Origin: Bacteroides fragilis
GTDB lineage: Bacteria; Bacteroidota; Bacteroidia; Bacteroidales; Bacteroidaceae
Direction of reading: 5' to 3'
DNA length: 64,000 bases
NCBI GenBank assembly: GCA_963630065.1
Contig: CAVGLH010000001.1
Coordinates: 2,282 to 66,281, forward strand
Shown here: positions 58,265 through 64,000 of the stretch, piece after piece
Layout of the letters: every line of letters begins with the position of its first letter
How positions within the stretch are numbered: position 1 is the stretch's first letter
Program-made: the position numbers and the translations under genes
Notes under the pieces: model-generated
Database searches by the model: none
Told to the model about the DNA's origin: nothing
Seen by the model: the letters and a program-made list of their open reading frames with translations, nothing else

Positions 58265-59470
58265 ATGTTAAAGGGAAAGAAAATCGTACTGGGCATCACG
58301 GGCTCCATCGCTGCCTACAAGTCGTGCCTCGTCATCCGCGGCCTCATCAAGCGAGGTGCCGAGGTACAAGTGGTCATCACGCCGGCAGGCAAGGAGTTCA
58401 TCACTCCCATCACCCTCTCGGCGCTCACCCACAAGCCCGTGGTGAGCGAGTTTTTCTCGCAGAGAGACGGCACATGGAACTCCCATGTGGACCTGGGCCT
58501 GTGGGCCGATGCCATGGTTATCGCCCCCTGCACCGCCTCAACCCTGGGAAAGATGGCCCATGGCATCGCCGACAACATGCTCATCACCACCTATCTGTCG
58601 ATGAAGGCCCCCGTCTTCATCGCCCCGGCCATGGATCTGGACATGTACAGACACCCCTCCACCCAAGCCAACCTGAAGACCCTTCAGGAATATGGCAACC
58701 ATATCATCGAGCCGGAGTCGGGATTCCTGGCCAGCGGACTGGAAGGAAAGGGACGGATGGAAGAGCCAGAGGTTATCGTGGATTACCTGGACAGATATTT
58801 CGAGAGCATGGAGACCAAGAGCCCCATCGACCTGAAAGGCAAGAAAGTGATGATTACGGCCGGACCCACCTATGAGAAGATAGACCCCGTGAGGTTCATC
58901 GGCAACTACTCCTCGGGCAAGATGGGATTCGCACTGGCAGAGGAATGCCTGGAGCGAGGAGCCGAGGTAACTCTAATAGCGGGTCCCGTGGCACTGAGCT
59001 GCAGCCCCGCCATCCGGCGCATCGACGTGGAGAGCTGTGAGGAGATGTATCAGGCCGCTACACAAGCTTTCGCCGACAGCGACGCAGCCATCCTCTGCGC
59101 CGCCGTGGCCGATTTCCGCCCCAAGCACACCGCCAACAAAAAAATCAAGCGTGAGAAAGACGACCTGGAGCTGACACTCGTGCCAACGCACGACATCGCC
59201 GCAGCCCTGGGACAGATAAAGCAAGAGTACCAGCGAATCGTGGCCTTCGCTCTGGAAACCAACGACGAAGAGGCCAACGCACAGAAGAAGCGGAAGAAGA
59301 AGAACGCCGACTTCATCGTGCTCAACTCCACCCGCATACCAGGCACTACGTTCCGCACGGACGACAATCAAATCACCATCATATCGGAAGAGGGCAAGAA
59401 AGAGTATGAGAAGAAACCGAAGACAGAAGTGGCTCGCGATATCATTGACGAGCTGGCTCATAGGCTTTAG
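58265..59470 (+). CDS. coaBC: Phosphopantothenoylcysteine decarboxylase/ligase
   Basis: GITGSIAAYK, APAM, TAGPT.E.IDPVRFIGNYSSGKMG, AAVAD, FALET. Confidence 0.95.
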   Translation: MLKGKKIVLGITGSIAAYKSCLVIRGLIKRGAEVQVVITPAGKEFITPITLSALTHKPVVSEFFSQRDGTWNSHVDLGLWADAMVIAPCTASTLGKMAHGIADNMLITTYLSMKAPVFIAPAMDLDMYRHPSTQANLKTLQEYGNHIIEPESGFLASGLEGKGRMEEPEVIVDYLDRYFESMETKSPIDLKGKKVMITAGPTYEKIDPVRFIGNYSSGKMGFALAEECLERGAEVTLIAGPVALSCSPAIRRIDVESCEEMYQAATQAFADSDAAILCAAVADFRPKHTANKKIKREKDDLELTLVPTHDIAAALGQIKQEYQRIVAFALETNDEEANAQKKRKKKNADFIVLNSTRIPGTTFRTDDNQITIISEEGKKEYEKKPKTEVARDIIDELAHRL

Positions 59471-60335
59471 CACCACGACAGCCACGGCACAGGAGCTGCA
59501 GGCCAAGATTACCATCAACCATGCCCAAATACAGGGCACGGAAAATGGCGTATTTGACAACCTGCAGCAAACGCTAGAGCAATTCGTGAACAACAAGCAA
59601 TGGACCCCGCTGCAATTCAAGAAAAACGAGCGCATCCCATGCAATTTCAACATCACCGTAACCAAGTATGACAAGGCGAGCAACCTGTTCACCTGCAAGG
59701 CACTCATACAGGCCAACCGCCCTATATACAACTCGGCCTACACATCCACATTATATAATAATGTGGACAATGACTTCGCATTCCAGTTTGCCGAGTACGA
59801 CCAAATAGAGTTCAACGAGGAACAAGTGGACAACCAACTCACTGCACTCTTCGCCTACTATGCCTATCTCATCATCGGACTCGACCTCGACAGCTTCTCC
59901 CCCATGGGCGGCGAAGACGTGCTGCAGCAGTGCATGACCCTAGCCAACAACACACAGAACATGGAGTTCGCCGGATGGAAAGCCTTCGGCGACACCCGCA
60001 ATCGCTATGCCATCATCTCTGACTACACCGACGGAGCCATGGCTCCCTTCCGCCAGCTACAGTACGACTACTACCGCAAAGGCCTAGACGAGATGGCCAA
60101 CAACGCGGAGCGAGGCCGCACAGAAATATCCACCGCCCTGGAGGAAGACCTGAAGAAGGCAAAGGAGAATAGACCCCTGAGCCTACTGCCGCAGATATGG
60201 ACCGACTACAAGAAAGACGAGCTGAGCAACATCTACCGGGGGCACGGCACCCAGAAAGAGAAAGAGAAGGTATACAGCATACTCAGCTCCATCAACCCCT
60301 CGCAAAACAGCTATTGGGACAAGATAAAGGAATAA
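59406..60335 (+). CDS. DUF4835-family secreted protein (PorD-like)
   Basis: ATA-QELQAKI signal cleavage site; RPIYNS, AYYAYLIIGLD.DSFS; usual position between coaBC and recN; start uncertain. Confidence 0.75.
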   Translation: MRRNRRQKWLAISLTSWLIGFSTTTATAQELQAKITINHAQIQGTENGVFDNLQQTLEQFVNNKQWTPLQFKKNERIPCNFNITVTKYDKASNLFTCKALIQANRPIYNSAYTSTLYNNVDNDFAFQFAEYDQIEFNEEQVDNQLTALFAYYAYLIIGLDLDSFSPMGGEDVLQQCMTLANNTQNMEFAGWKAFGDTRNRYAIISDYTDGAMAPFRQLQYDYYRKGLDEMANNAERGRTEISTALEEDLKKAKENRPLSLLPQIWTDYKKDELSNIYRGHGTQKEKEKVYSILSSINPSQNSYWDKIKE

Positions 60336-60347
60336 ACTAAACACATC

Positions 60348-62015
60348 ATGCTCAAGCAATTATACATCAAGAACTTCACACTCATCGACGAGCTGAACAT
60401 CCGTCTCTACCCCGGATTCTCCGTCATCACCGGAGAGACTGGGGCCGGAAAGAGCATCATCCTGGGAGCTATCGGACTGCTGCTGGGCAACCGCGCCGAC
60501 ACAAAATCCATCAAGGCAGGAAGGGACAGATGCGTGATAGAAGCCCACTTCGACCTCTCCAAGTACAACATGCAGGCCTTCTTCGACAACTATGACATCG
60601 ACTACGACGGCCCCGACACCATCATCCGGCGAGAACTGACCGCTGCCGGCAAGAGCCGCGCCTTCATCAACGACACCCCCGTGCCGCTGACCCGGATGAG
60701 GGAACTGGGAGAGCAGCTCGTAGATATCCACTCGCAGCACCAAAACCTGCTACTGCAGAAGGAGGATTTCCAGCTGAACGTGGTGGATATCATCGCACAA
60801 GACGACCAACAGCTCCGAGACTACCAAGCCGACTACCAGGCCTACCGCAAGACGAAGCTACAACTGGACGACTTGAAGGCCGAGATAGCCAAGAACAGGG
60901 AAAACGAGGAATTCCTGCGGTTCCAGCAAAAGGAGCTGGACGATGCCCAGCTGCAAGAAGGCGAGCTGGAGCAGCTGGAGCAAGAATCACAGACGCTGAG
61001 CCACTCAGAAGACATCAAGACCGCCCTATACGAAGCTGACAACGCCCTGTCGGGAGACGAGGACAGCATTCTCGACAAGCTGAAGACGGCCACCACCCAC
61101 CTGGAAGACATCAAGGACGTATATCCCAGCATGGCCGAAATAACCGACCGCATGAACAGCAGCTACATCGAGCTGAAAGACATCGCACAGGAGATAAGCG
61201 TCAGTGCAGACAGCGTAGACTTCGACCCCGGTCGACTCGACGCCATCAACACCCGCCTGGACCATCTCTACACCCTGCAGCAGAAATTCCACGTGGAGAG
61301 CATCGAGGAACTCATGGCTGTGAGAGACAACATCAGCCGCCAGCTGGAGCACATCGACAACGGCGACGAAGACATCGAGGAGATGGAGAGGAAGGTGGCG
61401 GAACTGCTGGCCAAGGCTGAGAAGACGGCCGCCCTGCTCACAAACCTGCGAACCAAGTCGGCCAAACAAGTGGAGACAGAGATGAAGAAACGCCTCGTGC
61501 CGCTGGGCATCCCCAATGTGCGCTTCGAAATATCATTCTCCGACAAACCACTGAGTGCCAACGGAAAAGACAAAGTGAGTTTTCTCTTCAGCGCCAACAA
61601 GAGCACCCCGCTCCAGCCCGTGAGCCAAGTAGCCTCGGGCGGCGAGATAGCCCGAGTGATGCTCTCGCTGAAAGCCATGATTAGCGGAGCTGTAAAATTG
61701 CCCACCATCATCTTCGACGAAATAGACACGGGAGTGAGCGGAAAGATTGCGGAGAAAATGGCGGAAATCATGGCGGAGATGGGCAATCTGGAACGACAGG
61801 TCATCTCCATCACCCACCTGCCCCAGATAGCCTCCATGGGCAGCCACCACTACAAGGTGCTGAAAGAGGAGACCGAACAGGGCACCATCTCGCACATGAA
61901 AGAACTCGCCCCACAAGAACGCATCGGGGAGATAGCCCAGATGCTGAGCGGAAGCGACGTCACAGAGGCCGCTCTGGCCAACGCCAAGGCCCTGCTGGAG
62001 AAAAGCAAACAATGA
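60348..62015 (+). CDS. recN: DNA repair protein RecN
   Basis: TGETGAGKS, DIHSQH, ASGGE, FDEIDTGVSG, ITHLPQIA. Confidence 0.96.
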   Translation: MLKQLYIKNFTLIDELNIRLYPGFSVITGETGAGKSIILGAIGLLLGNRADTKSIKAGRDRCVIEAHFDLSKYNMQAFFDNYDIDYDGPDTIIRRELTAAGKSRAFINDTPVPLTRMRELGEQLVDIHSQHQNLLLQKEDFQLNVVDIIAQDDQQLRDYQADYQAYRKTKLQLDDLKAEIAKNRENEEFLRFQQKELDDAQLQEGELEQLEQESQTLSHSEDIKTALYEADNALSGDEDSILDKLKTATTHLEDIKDVYPSMAEITDRMNSSYIELKDIAQEISVSADSVDFDPGRLDAINTRLDHLYTLQQKFHVESIEELMAVRDNISRQLEHIDNGDEDIEEMERKVAELLAKAEKTAALLTNLRTKSAKQVETEMKKRLVPLGIPNVRFEISFSDKPLSANGKDKVSFLFSANKSTPLQPVSQVASGGEIARVMLSLKAMISGAVKLPTIIFDEIDTGVSGKIAEKMAEIMAEMGNLERQVISITHLPQIASMGSHHYKVLKEETEQGTISHMKELAPQERIGEIAQMLSGSDVTEAALANAKALLEKSKQ

Positions 62016-62044
62016 TACTACATTTTTTAGAAAGACAGATGATT

Positions 62045-63691
62045 ATGAAAAAAACATATATCCTCATGATGGGGCTGATGCTCGCTGCGTCGCCCCTCCA
62101 CGCCCAGCCAGGAGCCGTACTGAAACTGGCCAAGAGCGTGTTCACACTGACTACATTCAATAAGAACGGAGACATCATTGCCTCCACGCAGGGCGTGTTC
62201 ATCGACAATAAGGGCACGGCCATCAGCACCTTCAAACCATTCATCGGAGCCACCAAGGCAAGCATCGTAGACGCCTCAGGCAAGTCGATGGAAGTAGATG
62301 CCATCCTGGGAGCCGACGAACTTTACGACGTGGCCAAGTTTAGGATACAAGGCTCGACCATAGCCGCCCCCATCGCCCAGAAAGAATCCACGGCCGGAGA
62401 GAACGTATGGCTCGTGCCCTACTCCATCAAGAAACCTAGCTATCAGCAGGAGGCCATCAAGAACGTGGAGAAATTCAACACCTCCTACAACTACTACATC
62501 TTCAACGGCACCGCTGCCGAGAACGCCGTAGGCTGTCCATTCGCCAACAAAAGCGGACAGGTGATAGGCTTGATGCACAACAATGGTCAGGTGACCGCCA
62601 TCGATGCCAACTTCGCCAAGCAGCTGAAAGTGAACGGCCTCGCCGCCCTTGACGCAGCCCTCAAGGAAACCGGCATCCGCACTGCCCTGCCCGACACCGA
62701 GCAAGATGCCATCACGATGATGACCCTGAAGAAGGGCCAGTGCACCACAGAGGAATACATAAAGTATGCCGACGAGTACATTGACAAATTCCCCACCTCG
62801 CCGTTCGGCTACAAGGTGAAAGCCGACTACTTCACCGACAAGGGAGAATATGACACCGCTGCCAAGCTGATGGAGGAAAGCATCAAGAAGTCGACCGCTA
62901 AGGACGAAGCCCACAGCAACTACGCCGACCTCATCTATCAAAAGATAGCCTACAAGGGCGACTCCACCTACACGGCATGGACTCTCGATAAGGCCATCGA
63001 CGAGACACAGAAGGCCTACGCCATCAAGCCACAGCCCATCTACAAGCATCAAGAAGCCCAAATCAACTACCTGAAGGGCGACTTCCAGAAGGCCTACGAC
63101 ATGTTCATCGACCTCTTGAAGACCCCTCTCAACAGTGGGGAGCTTTACTACGAGGCTGCCCAGGCCAAGACCCATCTCAAGGCTCCAGACAAGGAGATAG
63201 AGGTTTTGCTGGATAGTGCCGTGAACGCCGGTAACCGAACGAACACCAGTGCCAACTACTACCTAGCCCGCGCCCAATTCCTCGCCGAGAAGAGCGAATA
63301 CCGTCGTGCCCTCCAGGACTACAATATGTACGACTCCATCGCCCGCCCCGTGGCTCCCTCTTTCTACTACGTGCGCTACCAGTGCGAACTGAAGTTGCGC
63401 ATGTGGCAGCAAGCCCTCGTAGACATTGCCCGCGCCTGCTACCTGGCTCCCCAGCAGCCCACCTACTTTGCCGAGTGGGCTAGCCTCGACCTCCGCGTGA
63501 AGCGTTTTGACGAAGGTATCAAGGCAGCCTTGCGCTGCATAGAGCTTGCTCCCGAGTATGCCGACGGATACCTGCTCTTGGGCTTGCTTCAAAAGGAGAA
63601 CAACATGAAGTCGGAGGCTCTGAAAAATCTGGAAAAGGCAAAGGAGCTAGGCGACACGAGAGCAGAAGAGTACATAAAAAAGTTGAAATAA
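62045..63691 (+). CDS. Secreted trypsin-like-domain plus TPR protein
   Basis: Signal peptide; QGVFID, DVAK, GCP...GQVIG trypsin-like pattern; C-terminal TPR helices; start could be 62012, 62039 or 62045. Confidence 0.78.
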   Translation: MKKTYILMMGLMLAASPLHAQPGAVLKLAKSVFTLTTFNKNGDIIASTQGVFIDNKGTAISTFKPFIGATKASIVDASGKSMEVDAILGADELYDVAKFRIQGSTIAAPIAQKESTAGENVWLVPYSIKKPSYQQEAIKNVEKFNTSYNYYIFNGTAAENAVGCPFANKSGQVIGLMHNNGQVTAIDANFAKQLKVNGLAALDAALKETGIRTALPDTEQDAITMMTLKKGQCTTEEYIKYADEYIDKFPTSPFGYKVKADYFTDKGEYDTAAKLMEESIKKSTAKDEAHSNYADLIYQKIAYKGDSTYTAWTLDKAIDETQKAYAIKPQPIYKHQEAQINYLKGDFQKAYDMFIDLLKTPLNSGELYYEAAQAKTHLKAPDKEIEVLLDSAVNAGNRTNTSANYYLARAQFLAEKSEYRRALQDYNMYDSIARPVAPSFYYVRYQCELKLRMWQQALVDIARACYLAPQQPTYFAEWASLDLRVKRFDEGIKAALRCIELAPEYADGYLLLGLLQKENNMKSEALKNLEKAKELGDTRAEEYIKKLK

Positions 63692-63710
63692 TCAAAAAGA
63701 TGGAAAAACA

Positions 63711-63742
63711 TTTGGTCATTCCAAATATTTTCTGTACCTTTG
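63711..63742 (+). promoter_or_regulatory. tRNA promoter
   Basis: TTTG-N20-TACCTTTG. Confidence 0.8.
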
Positions 63743-63765
63743 CATCCACAAACTAAAAAGAGGAT

Positions 63766-63840
63766 GGTTCCGTAGCTCAGTTGGATTAGAGCAACAGCCT
63801 TCTAAGCTGTGGGTCTTGGGTTCGAACCCCAACGGAATCA
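63766..63840 (+). tRNA. tRNA-Arg (anticodon TCT)
   Basis: Acceptor stem GGTTCCG/CGGAATC, D arm GCTC/GAGC, anticodon arm ACAGC-CTTCTAA-GCTGT, T loop TTCGAAC; CCA not encoded. Confidence 0.96.
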
Positions 63841-64000
63841 CTACAAAGTGGAAAAATCTACAAATCGAAACGAAATTTATCTAATAGAAAGACGGATATA
63901 ACCTCCTTAAAATAAGGAAGTTATATCCGTTTTTCTTGTTTGAAAGTTGAGAAAATAGGGATTGATGGCCTACGAAAACCAGTCGTAAACCAGTTTACGG

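Overview
A largely core-genome segment from a Bacteroidales bacterium, probably Prevotellaceae. This is inferred from the TAnnTTTG/TTTG promoters, gene content, GC-rich CDSs with AT-rich spacers, and heptamer-type intergenic repeats. Left to right it carries: the 5' end of an RprX-like sensor kinase; the EF-G paralog EF-G2 (fusA2); hemW; tcdA; citrate synthase and aconitase with no icd between them; a patatin; two peptidases; recJ-recQ; the ilvD-ilvB-ilvN-thioesterase-ilvC cluster; OmpA; a GH51 arabinofuranosidase; folD; ffh; mutS2; a stand-alone GltD/NfnB-like oxidoreductase; an unusual tandem histidine kinase / response regulator / mini-AbgT module; the kdgK-eda / LacI-uxaA hexuronate locus; an NhaC-family transporter; a GH25 lysozyme; a zinc-ribbon protein; a J-domain protein; cpdB-like; nudC; an MFS transporter; DUF3127; dnaN-exonuclease-coaBC-DUF4835-recN-protease-like/TPR; and tRNA-Arg(TCT), followed by what may be the edge of an integrated element. 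The most intriguing system is the 1123-aa sensor at 38439-41810. It looks like two kinase modules fused head to tail, one with an ATP-binding domain but no phospho-His and the other with a His box but no intact ATP-binding domain. They are joined by a signal-peptide-like segment and sit in an apparent operon with a response regulator and a miniature AbgT-like membrane protein. Several non-coding repeat families (GTAG-type REP doublets, iteron-like repeats, 22-bp tandem repeats, heptamer arrays), candidate leaderless mRNAs and a structured ilvC leader are also visible. All family assignments come from motif recognition by eye; no searches were run.
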